Assembly (NCBI GenBank): GCA_008632985.1
Contig: QPGO01000019.1
Span: forward strand, 434,001 to 498,000
DNA length: 64,000 nt
Source: Psammoneis japonica
Lineage: Eukaryota
Direction: 5' to 3'
In this document: positions 32,101 through 45,861 of the stretch, piece after piece
Numbering within the stretch: position 1 is the stretch's first letter
How the letters are laid out: every line of letters begins with the position of its first letter
Translations under genes and position numbers: made by a program
The notes under the pieces: generated by a model
The model's database searches: none
The model's input: the letters and a program-made list of their open reading frames with translations, nothing else
What the model was told of the DNA's origin: nothing

Positions 32101-35030
32101 ATTGTGACAACCAGTCAGCTCTCACTTCATCTGATGGTTGAGTGTCGACAATTGGTTGTTTGTCAGATTGTCGCCAAAACAAATTTCACATTCATGGAAA
32201 AATCGGCACACCTCCATTGGGGTTGCTTTACGTTGTCCTCCATTGCTTGCACAACACATCCATTGTCAACTCATCACATGTGCATGACATTGCTGTCAAC
32301 GTGCCAGAAAAACGCGTGCAGCACCACACTGTGTTGTCTGCTCTGCTGCTGGGTGCAGTCGAGCTCACTCTGTCAGCACAAGCAAACACAGCATGCCTTG
32401 CTTGCATGGAAACATTGCAGCACTGCAAGGACAGCAAAGAGGCTGAACAAGAAGCCAGCACACCAGGCATTTGTTCCCACACAACACCGCACTGCATTTT
32501 CTTCTCCATGGTCTCATGAGTTTGTCTCATGCTTTGCATGTGCCCAACTGGGCCAGCCAGCATGGTGCTGTCAACACATCCAAAGTTGAGCTCAAGAAGC
32601 AAAGCAAAGTGCTCTTTACCAAGAAATGGATCACTGCAGGTTTGGAAGAGGAGATGCAACAGCACACTCCTTCCAACGAGGAGACAAGACACGAGAGAGA
32701 CAACAAGCGTTACAAGCAAGCCTCTTTGAGCACAAGGCTGGTGCACAGCTGTTTCCTCAAAGCCAAGTGTTTGCAAGTCACATGCAGCTTGTGCAGACAG
32801 CAAGGGAATTTCTGGAGATGCAGGGAGCAGTGGGAATGCAAGAACAGAAAAGTGTGTGCTGCAGCCAAGAGTTTGGAGATGGCCCATTGTTGAGAAGGAG
32901 ATGCACGGTGTGACAGGTGCTGCCAAAGCAATTGGTGGACAGGCAATTCCACTCAAAATCAGCAGATGGGAAGAGGGCAGACAGAGATGACAGGGTGTGG
33001 AGAAAGGCAGAGCAGGAGACATCAGAGTGGTGAAGGTCGGAGGAGGAGAACCAGGGAGGTTTGGTGGGTTGAGAGAGCAGGCGGAGGAAATTGCAGAGCC
33101 AAAGAGAAAGTGATGGGCAAAGAAGCTGAGACCACCAAGGTGATCAACAGCAAAAGGAAGAAGGAAGATGCTGTCATTGTTGAGCAAAGCAAAAATGAGG
33201 GATCCATCAGCAGAGGAAGCAGAGGGGGCCAAGAAACTTTGATCTCACACCACTCAAATGGTGTGCTTCAGTTAAAATGAGGGAAGTGGGAGCAGGCAGA
33301 CCAGGAGGAGGGTGAGAAGGAGCTTGGGGTGTGCAGTGACATAAACTGCAATGCAGTGATGGCAGGAAAAAGTGGAGAGAGAAGTGGGAGGTGGGACAGA
33401 AATGCCAACATCAGTGGGGTGAAGGAGCAGGCAGGTGGGGAGCAAGTTTGCAGGCTCAAGGTGCACGTCATTGGAAGAGTGGCAGAGCTGGGCAAGGTGT
33501 CCCAAGGTCTGGGCTGCAATGAAGAGGGTGTCACAAAGACCATTGGAAAGCTTGGACTTGTGAGTGCAAAGGCAAGAGAAGGTGTGATCACTGCATGTGC
33601 CAAGGGTGGCATGGCTGCAAGGACGGGGTGTGCCAATGAGGAAAGGGGGGAGGATGGGAAGAAGAAGCTTGCATTGGGCGGTGACAATGCAGGCATCAGA
33701 AGCAAGGCAGGAGCTCTGGAAGCAATGGGAAAGGGAGCGAAGAGGAAGGCTGGCAAACAGAGACAGCAGCAAAGGCAGGGAGACTTGCGCGCTGGAAGGA
33801 GCACTGGCAAGAGCAGAGGCAACGACTTGCTGACATGAGCTTCCCCACGTGGAGACAGGAGGTGCTCTCAGTGCATGACATCATGCAAAGGTGGGTTTTC
33901 TGTTCACAGCATTGGTGGTGTGCAAGGGATTTTTGAAGCAAGTTTCCACTGTGTGCAAAGAGAGTGCTGGGCTGGCCAGCAAGAGCAGCTCACACAGCTC
34001 CGCTGCAGAGAGAGAGAGAGTTGGACAAAGGAAGAACATCCAATCTGGCAGCTCCAACCTTGGCTGCTCTTGTTTGTCATGCTTGATGGAGAGCACTGGC
34101 TCTGTTCATTCAAGAGAGAGAGAGAGAGAGAGAGCAGAGCAGAGCTTCGACCTCCACTTGACTGCAACTGAATGGGCGCTGGACAACAGGCTGTTGTTGT
34201 GTGCACACATCATGCTGCTGTGCAGATGCATTGTTGGCGCGCAGCCACCAGAGCAGCCACTCCTTTCTGTTGGGTTGCACTGGCCACCAAGCAGCAGCAG
34301 AGGTGGGTTTCCACCATGACACTCACTTCTGAGAATTGTTTTTTTTTTCCTTGTGCCAAATGATTGATGTGATTGTTGAGCAGCGTCATGGCGGAAAGCT
34401 GCGCTTTTTACAGAGATTGGCAGCCGTTGCCCCATCAGCACATGTGGGCCAAAAAGTGTCACTTGAAGCTTGTTTGAATGTGCAGCTTTCATGGTGATGT
34501 GGTGGCCCTGGCAAATGGGTTGCCAGAATGCACACATGTGCTGTTTGGGGGTGTTCTGAGAGGCAGGTCAAAAAACAACACACAGAGTGTGCGAGCTGTG
34601 GGGCTGGAGAAAATGTGCAAAAAAGTTGTTTTTAAAAAATTGGAGCTCTCAACTGCAAGATCTGTTGTCAGCAAAAGCAATGTTGTTTTGTGCATTCCTG
34701 GTTTTGCATTTGAAATCTGTGGTCCTTGGGTGACGTGACTGCAGCCCGCATCATCTTGACTGCTGGCCTTGGAATTTTTGGAGGTCTTGCTTGTTCTCTT
34801 CTCACTGGTGTTTCGATTTTTTTGTTTTGACTGGAATGATGAGTTGTCATTGACACAATTGATTTTCCTGCATTTGGGCACTGGGCTTTCAGATTCAGGA
34901 TGTTGTTGTCGTCGTTTCGTTTTTTGCAGCACGAATGCAGCTTTGGCGCTGCCGCCCGCCAGTTTTGTGAGTCAGAAGATCGAATCATCATCGATCTTCA
35001 TCATAATCTCGTTTGATGATGCTGTTTCGT
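29130..35030 (-). mobile_element. TpA/CpG-depleted block 3; possible decayed non-LTR retrotransposon
   Basis: Composition is clear. Minus-strand GHQG (~30180) and SKHLG (~29835) may be RT G.RQG and KYLG after back-mutation, which is weak. ~50-bp repeat at 30810/31021; (GA)n at ~34007 and ~34112. Confidence 0.45.
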
Positions 35031-35339
35031 GGTGGCGCTTTAATATTTAAAAATCTTTCAAACACGACTCGGAAAAAGGTATAAATCACTAAGTGTCTGA
35101 AGATATGAATATTGAAAGGCTTAAGTGACGTCCACATCACTCTTCATCTGCCAGAAGTTTCGGAGGTGAGGTGGTTGAAGTTTACCAGGTAAGCACATTA
35201 TTACGGACGGGCAGGAGGTACCATAGGTAGGTGCACTGGTAGGCTGATCATCCTTCTCTCAGCCTCTCATTACCATATCTTTCTCCCTAACATGCGATTC
35301 CATTGAGAGACCAAAGGGATTGCATTGGTAGAGTACGGA

Positions 35340-37281
35340 ATGGAAGACGAAATCAGGAGATCCGTTGTCATCAACATTGATGATGATCATGGTGCTTCTC
35401 GGAGCACTCGAAGATTCTCATCGTCTAGACGAAGCGGCGGACCATCGTTTCACAGCCTGTCTCAGTCGAACCAAGGGTCATTTTCGAGGATGGCACTCTT
35501 TGATCATCCCTCCGACGACAACTTTGTGGGGGGTGAGGCGAGAGACGCTAGTGATGATGTCATTGGCTCTTCTTCTGCATCAGCTGGCTTTGACGATCAA
35601 CTGCTCAAGCGGGTGGTGGCTGATTGTGGCCAGGTACGTTAAGTTTGTGTCTGGGTGGAATGCTGAACTGTTGCTGAGCTAAAGTATCTCATTCTTATTC
35701 TGTTGCTCTTATCCCTCTTACGGTAAAAGTGGGCCGCCGGCATTGTTTATGTCCAATTGTGGGTCTTGAATGAAGACAAGAATCGCTTGGTGCGACCCGA
35801 GGCGGGATGGTGGTTGGACGATGTCTTTCACGCTTGTCCAGCAGAGTGTGATGATGACGACTGCAAAAGCAGCCGTCGTGATGCTTGCCAGTTGTGTCGC
35901 TTGGTGGATCCCACTCATCCGAGATATGTGGCTGCAAAACCGCTGCCGATTGGTGTAGGCGTGGCCGGGATTCTCTGGGCGTCCGCGGCTCAGGGCCTCA
36001 AACAGAGGAATAATCATGAAGATCATCGTCATCAGAGTCGCATCGTTTGGAGAGATATCCAACAGCTAGCTAACGATCCAGACCAACCCTACGACGAACG
36101 GCTTCAGCTTATGGCTCAATGCGGCTTTGGTATGGCTGGTGCCGTGCCCTTTTCTGTCATGGGAGAAGAAGGCATTGTAGTCTGTATGACTAGAAGCTCC
36201 GATCAAGTCAACATGGACCGCCTTTGCAGTCCTACCAATGAAGCATACCTCTTTAGTTGTGCCCAACTCATTGGATCCGCCTTTGTCTTTCGAGCGCCGC
36301 GTCGTGAGGTAGTCCGTGAACGCAAGGAGGAAACAAGAGCCACCTTGAGAAGAGTTCGTCTTAAACTCGTAGCCTTGAGAGCATTTGGTGTGGATTTGGT
36401 GGAATACTGCAAAGCCAACGAGGAGAAAAATGCCCAAATGCAACGTCGTCGCAGCAGCATCAAGGCCAATCATAGAAGCTCCTTCACGATGGGAAACGAA
36501 AACTTTATGGAAGAAAAGCCCACAAAGTCGATGTGTCAATCGTCTTGCGTGGATGCTCTTTGTTGTTTGCCCGGTATTATGCCTTCGTCCTCCCAGATTA
36601 CCCAAAAGGTGTCGGCAAGTCTCAAGAAGTTCAAAGGAGCTGGAGTCCAGCCACCTCCAGCAATGAGTTGGGAGCAGACAGCTTGGACTTTTATGGGATG
36701 TCTCTTAACTCTCATGATGCTAACTTCGCTTCACAAGCATTTGAACGAGACCCATGGTCGCGACCACGGCATTGCCTTACCGTAAGTACTGCAGAATCCA
36801 CAATGATAGCTTTTGACCTTATGCTATAGTCCGCTCATCATGCGCATATCTTTGCCACTAATCTCTTTGTTACCGCGGAACGTGCAGTCCCTTTGGCGCC
36901 TTTTGTACGTTGCTGTACGGCTTGACGGCCGCTCCAGCCTCGCAGCCCCGCAACGCCATGCTTGGTCAAATCTTGTCGTTACTCGTGGGGTATTCATTCG
37001 CCCGAATGGATGGGTTGGAAAATTGGCTAAAACAATCCTTGTCGACAAGCATTGTGATTGCTGGCATGGTCAAGCTCGGTATTACGCATCCTCCCGCAGG
37101 TGCCTCGGCATTGTTGTTTTCGACGGGCACGCACAGTTGGTGGAAAATGCTGTACTTTCTGATTGCTAATGTCTTGGCGATTTTGGCGGCAACCATTATT
37201 CAAAACTTTTCCAATCGACGACAATATCCCACGTACTGGGGCCTTCGAGAGATCAAAGAATTTTCAATTAGCATCAAATAG
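35340..37281 (+). CDS. HPP-family membrane protein, 3 exons (~35340-35633, ~35729-36781, ~36888-37281)
   Basis: LYGLTAAPASQPRN and ITHPPAGASA motifs; GT donors at 35634 and 36782. Confidence 0.85.
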
Positions 37282-38039
37282 TTGGTAGGTGGTCAGTATT
37301 GGATCATGAACCACCATGTAGTCATGATTATTGATTTGCGACAAAGCAATGATGTATGCATGGAACAAGAAGGCCGACGATTAGCTATTAATCGACAGTT
37401 TTAGAGAATGATTGAGATTACCTTATCATCGCAGGATTATTGTTAGGGTTTTTGTTGTATCAACCCAACAAACGGACAGCATCTGTGACTCGGTAGATGG
37501 GGCTAATTATCATCCTCATCAGATTCGCATAAAGCCTGGAATTGCACAATAGCATGGGAAGCAAGCACTGTCATCGGTCACAGTACGAGATTTCACGACT
37601 GTCTTCTTTCCGGAGTTAGTGAAAAGATTGAAACTCATCTTTCAACTTACTAGTTCCTACTTTCCGCCGTACCAAAGGCTCTTTCACAGTGCAAAACATA
37701 CTCGGCATCAACATTTTCCATCGGCATTTTGAAATCGTCATTGCTGATCAATTTGAGGGGAATCGAAAAATTCAGCTCACTTTTTGCTTTTTATTCGGGC
37801 TGCTCACAGAAGCTTCATCGTGTCGCCTGGCTACTTGTATTTTGAGAAAACGCCGCGTACATCGTCTCCTTGCGAACACGCTTCGCATCCGCACCGACAG
37901 TGCTCAGCCTTCAATCTTTCATCTGACGTGTCGTTGCAACCAATCGAACCTGCCTCCACCATTGGGGTGCCCACTGCACTCACTGGCTGACTTGGGCAAT
38001 TTAGAATTTACTCCAAGGGGGCTTTCTCATCAAGTCTAA

Positions 38040-39290
38040 AATTGATGTTTTCACTTTGGTTCAACAGTTTCTCTGGTTGCCTTAAAGAGCACATGCCGCA
38101 AAGGATGAGGTGCATGTGCTGATGTCCAAATGACTGGCTTTCACATTTCCAAACACCTGGAGTGGAACAGATCTTTTGGCACTGTGCAACATTGCCAGTG
38201 TTGCCTCCCCCCAAACCCTGGGTGACTGTCAACTCCCAGCCTGTGGTGGAGTTTGCATTGCAGCAGTGACGATGAGTGCAGCACAACTTGTTGTCACTTG
38301 CTTGGCTGGCAATTGCAAGCACAAGTGCAAGCAATCATCCCACCATTGATGCCAGGGGCACTTTGCCTTTGAAGCATCACCATGTCAGCCAGCCCAAGGG
38401 GGTTGGTGGCTGCAACCCCAAATGGCACCTGTCTCGTCATGATCCAGCTGGGGGGGGATTGATTGATTGATTGATTGACTGCATCTGGGATCATGCAGGC
38501 TGCCCAGAAACTTTGAGAGTGCATCAAGTGAATGTGGCAATGGAGTTTACAAAATGATCTTGACAGATGAAAGGAAGAGTGAAAACAAGTGCCTCATGTT
38601 GGGCACCAAACAAAGCCATCAGAGTTTTCTCTCTTTCTTGACCTTTGCTGCTGTGCCAAAAATCAAGAAGCATGCCTGAAGCAGCTGGGGGGGAGAGGCA
38701 CTTGGCACTCCAGTCACACTTCTCATTTGAAAGACATCAAGTCAGTTGAAGGCTCGTCACTCCAACATGGTTCAAGCAAGAAGATGCTGCTGCTGGAGCT
38801 GTTGTTTTTTCATTTGTTGGGCACTCTGCTTTGTTGAGAGTGTTCTCCAAGCAACAGCGTGTGTCTCTGGCACCACACTGAGGAGAATCATGAGATTTTT
38901 TAAAAGCATGCCATTGATTTTGAGCATCATTGCACATGCCAAGGGCACCCTGTGCTGTTGAAATTCTGTGCAACTGTTCCAGAGCAGCAATTGTGCGCGT
39001 GCTGCTGCTTGTTCTTGTTCGCCCCCAAAGTTCTGGCACCACACTGAGGAGAATCATGAGATTTTTTAAAAGCATGCCATTGATTTTGAGCATAATTGCA
39101 CATGCCAAGGGCACCCTGTGCTGTTGCACTTCTGTGCAACTGTTCCAGAGCAATTGTGTGCGTGCTGCTGTTTGTTCTTGTTCACCCCGCCCAAAGTTTG
39201 TCGCACTTTTGCCCCTTGACAACCAGACTTGAGGAGAGCAAATTTCTGAGGAGTTGCATCTTCTACATCCCCACAAGACTTTGCAGCTAG
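38040..39290. repeat. TpA/CpG-depleted block 4 with a near-identical 166-bp tandem duplication (~38867-39190)
   Basis: CTGGCACCACACTGAGGAGAATCATGAG... recurs 166 bp apart. Confidence 0.85.
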
Positions 39291-39561
39291 AACAGCATCC
39301 CTCGAGACTTGTCAGTCAATGCCATTGTGAAGTCGATTCGTGTGCTCCTCCACCAGCCATGGTGACGAGAGAACTTGTTTCCTCGAGACAACAGATGGGT
39401 CGGACAGACGGCGATGGACCAGGAACAGAAAAATCTGAGTGAGATTTTGCGGCGTTCACACGTTGAACATCCACGCCATGGCGATCTTGTTGCTCATTTT
39501 CGCTTGCTGCCGAGTGGAAGACTTGCAAAACTGATTGGTATCTATCAACCATCTCTTTACT

Positions 39562-40801
39562 ATGACGGGGATTTGTGTGAAAATCCTTGCGATGTTGCTA
39601 GTCTGTCTATCACTCCTCGAGGGCGGCCGCTGCCAATCTGCAGTGAGGATTAGAGAGGTTATCGAGACGAAGCTTGAAGAGCAGCACACTGCGTCGCCGT
39701 CATGCGCTTCTGAAAACGAGGGTAAACGTGCTGCGGAACAAAGCTCCGATGGGTCACCATTGAATTCTTCTGAGAGCGAAGACACGAGGGAACAGTACGG
39801 CTTTGAAGAAATCTATCATCAGGTGTCACCGGCTGTGGCGAGTCTCACAACGTACACGCCTCAGAAGCAGATTATGAGACGGTGGGTGGCACAATTGAGC
39901 GGACAGATCGTACTTGTAGCCAGCCAGGCAAGTGCAGTTTTGTGGGATGATCAAGGGCACATTGTCACCAATCGACATTGCTGCTACGAGGGGCGACAAA
40001 GGGCGATTCGCTTTACCGTCCGTTTTCCCAATGTTCCGTATCATCTCATTGCCGAGTATGTTGGATCGGACGAACAATATGATGTGTGTGTAGCTTCCAA
40101 AGCCTTTGGAGTTGGGCTCCTCGAAAGATTTGCAGATTGGTGAATCATGCATGGCGGTGGGAAACCCCCATGGCTTATCGGGAACGTTCACAACAGGGGT
40201 AATCAGTTCTTTGGAAGAAAGTGTACGATTCGATGGTAAGCACAGTTGACACGAGCAACCTTTTGAATATGGCGTTTCTGAATATGTTCATGCTAAACTG
40301 CTCTCCTTGTTTCGTTCTCACTCGTTCAAACCAAGCTTGGATCGGTCCTGGGAGCAGCGGCAGTCCCTGATGGATAGTGGTGGGCGATTGATTGGGCTCA
40401 TTTATGCTCAAGTCAAAGACAGCGGTGGTGGAATGAATTTGGCGGTTCCTGTGGATATCGTTAATAGGATTGTGACGCAACTTATTCGAGATGGCAGGGC
40501 GACCAAGCCGGTCATTGGTGTGTATGGGATAGGGTGGGAAGTGCAGGAAGCGATTGAAGCGGACAAGCTTCAAAAGTTTGATGGAGCTGTCATCACGGAC
40601 GTGGTACCAGGGACCCCAGCAGACGAGGCAGGTTTGGTTGGTTGGAACTTATCTGGGGGATATTTAGATATTGGCCACGTGATTGTTGGGGCCGATGGCA
40701 AACAAGTTCGCCGAGAGACCGACTTGTTGAGCGTCTTGCATGCCAAGCAACCTGGGGATGTCATTGAACTTTCTGTAAAGACTTCAGGAATGACGAGTTG
40801 A
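39562..40801 (+). pseudogene. Deg/HtrA trypsin-like serine protease with PDZ domain, frame-disrupted
   Basis: HIVTNRH, D..YDV, GNPHGLSGTFTTGVISS, SGGRLIG, V.PGTPADEAGL. Segments lie in different frames; introns or assembly errors are not excluded. Confidence 0.75.
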
Positions 40802-41195
40802 ACATTACGGTCTTTTCTGTCGACGTTACGAGTGAGAAAGAGTGCGCTATGCGCTTTTGGGAATGGGGAGCACTTCTAAAGAAGTTGGGACAGGGAAAAA
40901 CAGTACCAGTATTTGCGAATTACTGGTAGATAAATTTTCATGTACAATTGCTACTTGTGCAATAATTATCGCACAGTAGATACTTTGTCATTGCGCTCTG
41001 CTAGACGTGTCACGTGCGAATTCTACCTTTCGCAGGCCTTTCGCAGGTGTGAGGCGATTTGGAAACAAGCTTGGGAGAGGAAATAACTTTCTCGAGAGAG
41101 CAGTTAGCTAGGACTCAGTAAATAAAGTGATTACAGTAGAAGAATACAATTCTCTATTAATGTGCATACTGTTGCGCCACACAAGCGCAATCTCC

Positions 41196-43697
41196 TCATA
41201 CTGCATACAGCCCATCATCCACTCGGTAGTTTCGAGTCGTCGGATGAGATCGTCGAACCGGAGCACTGTTGCGAGGCGTCGTTGGTGCCCTTGGCGTAGA
41301 ACTACGAGACGATGCTCGTGGCGTCGACCTACGGGACGACGACGATGATGATGCCCTTGGCGTAGAGGATGCCCTTGGTGATCGGGTCGGCTTGGGTGAA
41401 AAGGGTGACTTGTTGCTCTTGTTGCGCGGCCAAAAGCTCGAACAGATACACAAAATCATAAGTATAAAGACAAAGAGCAATCCGCCAGCCCACGCCCACG
41501 ACGCTGTCGTCCACTTGTCGGGATGATCGACAAAGACATCGACGAGTGGATCAAAAAAGTTCTGTTGCAAATTGTTCAACAATCCAGAAGAATCCGCCAG
41601 AAAACCACCATCGGGTATCAACGAGTCGGAACAACCCGGCGACGTGTCGTTGGGATCAAAGCATTCACACGTCGGTCGCTGGACACCGTCCACGACGGCA
41701 TTGTAATTGCACGTGCCACGACCAGCACAGGAAAAAGGGCAAAAGAGCGCTGGGCACGCACTGGATAAGCGTGGACAAGTGATGGTGATTGGAAGTCCTC
41801 CCAAAGGACCAACCTGGACGCTTAACTCTTCAAAGTCCCTGCTGCAAGTCAACCACGCTCCCCGAATGTTCACCTTCAATCCCTCGCCCAATACACAGGC
41901 CGTTTCATAACACTCGGAACGGCCACCAAAGGCGCTCGTTTCAAAGCATTTGCTATTGTCTCCATAAGAGCCCGATAACAACGAATCGGGCTTGTTGTCT
42001 GGATTGTTACAGGCAAGCTGCTCTGCCGACAACCCGTCAAAGGGCGATCCATACACGGGACAATAATCCGCTTGGCGGGGACCGCCCTTGGTAATGCCAT
42101 TGGTAAAGTACTGAAATTGTTGGTCGGGATAACGCCGTGGCAAGACCAAATCGTAATCCACCACCGTACAAGACATTTTGTGCGTCAAATCGGACGAACA
42201 CCCCTTTTTGCCACCCTCGTTGCAAAAGTAGCCGCGGGCATAACCGGGAACGCCCGGCTTGTCGCCCTTGACCAGACACGACGATTTCACAAAGTCACAG
42301 CCAGCACCCAATCCCCATGGCGAGTGCTCGCCCATGGTGTAATTGGCCTTGTACCAACCCGAGTCTTCCATTAATGCCAGCGTTAAAAAGGACAAGTGAT
42401 TGGTCGTGACGGAAATGACTCCCGAAAGCGCCTCGGGATAATAGAGTCGCTCATCCCAATGATCCCCCGTACACGAATTGGCCCCCGTCGGTTGGTTCTC
42501 GAGCTGTGCACCCGCAAGGGATTGACAATTGAATTGATTGCGCGCCACGGTACGAACCTTGGGCGTGACAATGCTGGCATAGCGTTGTCCATTCTCGGCT
42601 AGAAAAAACTTCATGGTGTTTTCATCGGGCAAAATCAAATTGGTGCGGGTCGAGCCATCGACGCACGTGACACTCGACGTCGAAAAGGGACGGGGTGTGC
42701 GTGGCCTGCCCGTTTCGGGGTCCCAAAAGAAACGATAGGAATTGGATGACATGCCGAGAACCTAATAGTTTTGAAAAAAATTGAGGAAAAAGTTAAAACA
42801 AGAACACAAAGACAGTCACTCAATTGCATCAAACACAAAACATCCTTACATGAGCCGCTTCATGGATTGCGACATCGACATTGTCGGATATCACTGCATC
42901 AGTTGCCGTTCCACCCGTTAATTCGATCTGATTTAAACAGAAATTAATTGCTCCCGCAATGGGTCGATCAAATTGATCACTGAAAAAAGAGTGAGAATTA
43001 CACACAAAGTAGGAATACATTGAAAACACACTTTTTTTGTTACTCACAAATTACACGCCACAGCCACCGCTAGGGTACTGCCGGAACAATAGGTTGTCGA
43101 TGGGGTCCCACTGACGTACAACAACAAATCCGTCTTGTCCACACCGTCCGTCACGTGAAAATTGGGAACTTCGGTAAAATCCCGGTCACCACAATACGCT
43201 CGGTTGGTCAATTCCGACGTGGCAATTTTGAGCTTACCGGCAATGGGAACGACACTCAGTGCCTTGCTCCAAAAGTCCCGGGTTCTCGGCAAAATTTCGG
43301 TCTTGATAAAATCAATTTTATTCGCATTTTCACTGGTCCGAGAGGCATCGAGGGCGTCCGTGTAAAAGGAAATTCGAATCGGTTGAAACAAATCTGTGGT
43401 GGTAGTAGTATTTTGTAATTTTCTGCCACTTTCCGAGTAGGGATGATTTTCATACTCGATATAATGATTGCCAATGCCCGTTTGGTAGCGTTCCATTCGT
43501 TCTTCCGCTTCGGAAATGGCTCTGCGAGTCTGGGAATTCGATGGACCGTAAATGCGTGAAATCACGTGTTGACGGCGTTGTTGTTGTGTATTAGTAGTAG
43601 CATCATCCTTATTGTCTCGTCTTATAGAGGATGCCATGCTTGTTTCGAGAAGCGTCGACGGTAGTAGAAGCGACAATATCAACAACCTCGCCATCAT
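41196..43697 (-). CDS. Leishmanolysin-like metallopeptidase (M8); introns 42980-43047 and 42762-42849
   Basis: Signal peptide, DQFDRP, HEAAH|VLG, HWDER, TLALMEDSGWY, WG.GAGC.F, DYCP, C-terminal TM; splice phases are consistent. Confidence 0.93.
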
Positions 43698-44139
43698 GGT
43701 GTGTTTCAAAAATGGCCTTGTAAATTTTGCACGAGCGAGCAATGTGATGAATGCTGACTGAGACTGTTCCAACACGGCATTTCCACGGTACAGTATCGGT
43801 TGATGCAAAAATGAGCTTATTAGTGAGTAGAGCTAATAATGAAAAAGGATCATATAAGATGTATATATTCTTTTATAATATCAATTTCCATATTAATTTG
43901 GTACGGAGTTGCACAACGGACGGATCTCGTTATGTGTCACACGATTATTTATGGCGCAGCCCGTTGAAAATTTGAATCTGAACATTTAGATACGAATGCG
44001 AGTATAACCCCTAGCGAATCGGGAGTCATTCTGAATCATTTGAAATTTCATCGAGATTGTATACAATGAATACCAAATTTTGGACATGCACGATTTGGTG
44101 CGTGACACGGTCATTTCCTGCCAAAAAATTCAAATGAGA

Positions 44140-45640
44140 AATCATTGAGACAAACCCTTTTTGTGTGCTCCAACTTGCTCAAGTGGCAAGAAGAGCCAAC
44201 ACAAAAAGAGTAGCACCAGGAAAGCAAAATGCAAGCTCAGCTCATTCACCACCACAGGAGATGGCATTTTGAAAAATTGTCTAAAGTCTAAAACAACTGT
44301 TGAAAACTCGGTTGCTGGGTGCTGAGATTTGGCCTTGAGTTCAGCGCGTGCCTCGAGCAAAGACAGACGTCCACTGCAAATTTATGCACAAATGTGCCAA
44401 AAGGAGACCCAGATTTTTGGACATGTTTGGCAAAAGGAGACCCAGATTTTTGGACATGTTTGGGACATGCCTGGGCACAAGAAGGTCAGAGCAAGAAGTG
44501 GCGGAGTTTTTCTTGTGTGCCAAATGCCTCTGAAAAAGAAAAAATTTTGAGCAGCTCTCATTCCCTCTCTCAGCAACACATCATTTTTGTTGCTCTTACA
44601 CAGGGAGGGAGAGCTCCTTGAGGGAGATGTTCAGAGTGGCTGTTTTGTCCTCTCTGTTTTTGGATTCTCACTTTTTTGCTTTTTCACAAGTTTGGTTGTG
44701 TTTTTTTCAGTTGCTTGTCTTTTCTTTGGCTGTGTGGGCACTCACTCTTTTGTGTTGTTCTCTTTTTTTTGTTGCACTCACAAGCTGTTTGACATGACTG
44801 ACCCCTTCACAAACTGATCTGCAAGTGCTGAAAGTCGGTTCCCACAGGCGGCTCGACAAGATCTCGAGCACTTCAACTTCAGTGTGGAACCAATGACAGA
44901 GAACACCAATGTGTTTCGTGTGTGGAGGCCGACATCTTTGCCATTTTTGTGAACTTGAGGCATGCTTGATTGACTCTGTTGACAATTGAGGAAGAAATTG
45001 TGCCATCTTTCACATCAGAAAAGGCTTTGGACTTGACAGCAGCAGGTGCATGAACGTTCTTGCACCCAAACACATTGCACTGAATTTCTTTCAAAATCTC
45101 TTGGATTGGAATCAGGTTTTTGGGCTGAACTCACAAGCTGTTTGAGACAACAAAGATGTCATTTGAGCTGTGCTTTGTTTGGAAAAAGTGAGTGTGCAGC
45201 TTCTTCCAATGGCTTTTTTTTGTTGCTCAAACAACGTGTGTCGCAGCTTCAAAATCAAGTTGAGTTTGGCATCTCTTCAACATTCTCCTCTCAAAAAGGC
45301 AAGGGGCTTCTTTGGCCTTTGCCAGCAGACACTGCCAATGGCACAGCCAGGCATGCACATTGTGGCAAGCTCTAGAGTGAGAGGAGGAGAGGCTTCTTTT
45401 TTGTGGCGACTGCCTCTGTCATTCTCGATGACACATGTGTGGAGTTTGTTGGTGATGGTGTTGATGCACTTGGTGCAATGTGTGCTTTTCCCTGCGTCTT
45501 TTGAGTGGCCTGCCTTGTCACAAAAAGAGCAGTGCCAATCATGAGGTTCTTACAGACACCAAGTTTTCTACTTTGGGTGCCATGTTACAGTGTCATCGCA
45601 CCGGCGCGTTGAGGCAGGAGGTGGTGCCGTTGCGTGCATG
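44140..45640. repeat. TpA/CpG-depleted block 5, with a 33-bp tandem duplication at ~44398-44463
   Basis: Composition; CAAAAGGAGACCCAGATTTTTGGACATGTTTGG twice. Confidence 0.8.
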
Positions 45641-45861
45641 CAGCATACCGTACCGTACCGTACCGTACCTCTCTAGAGTAGAGAGAGAACAGAGGGCTGT
45701 TCGTTTTCGCGCTGGTCATCGAACAATGTTCGGGTCATCTGGGGCTTAATTCCCATCGTCACAATTGAATGACTTTTGACCCATCGCAACATTGTTATTT
45801 TCATTTTATTTCTTTATGTGGCTATGTTTTCTCATCACAATTTTGATTGCAGGTTCCCGCA

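Noticed and set aside
32228..33838. Long ORFs (334, 184, 169 aa) as genes
   Set aside because: Tyr-free, motif-less and overlapping; explained by stop-codon depletion.
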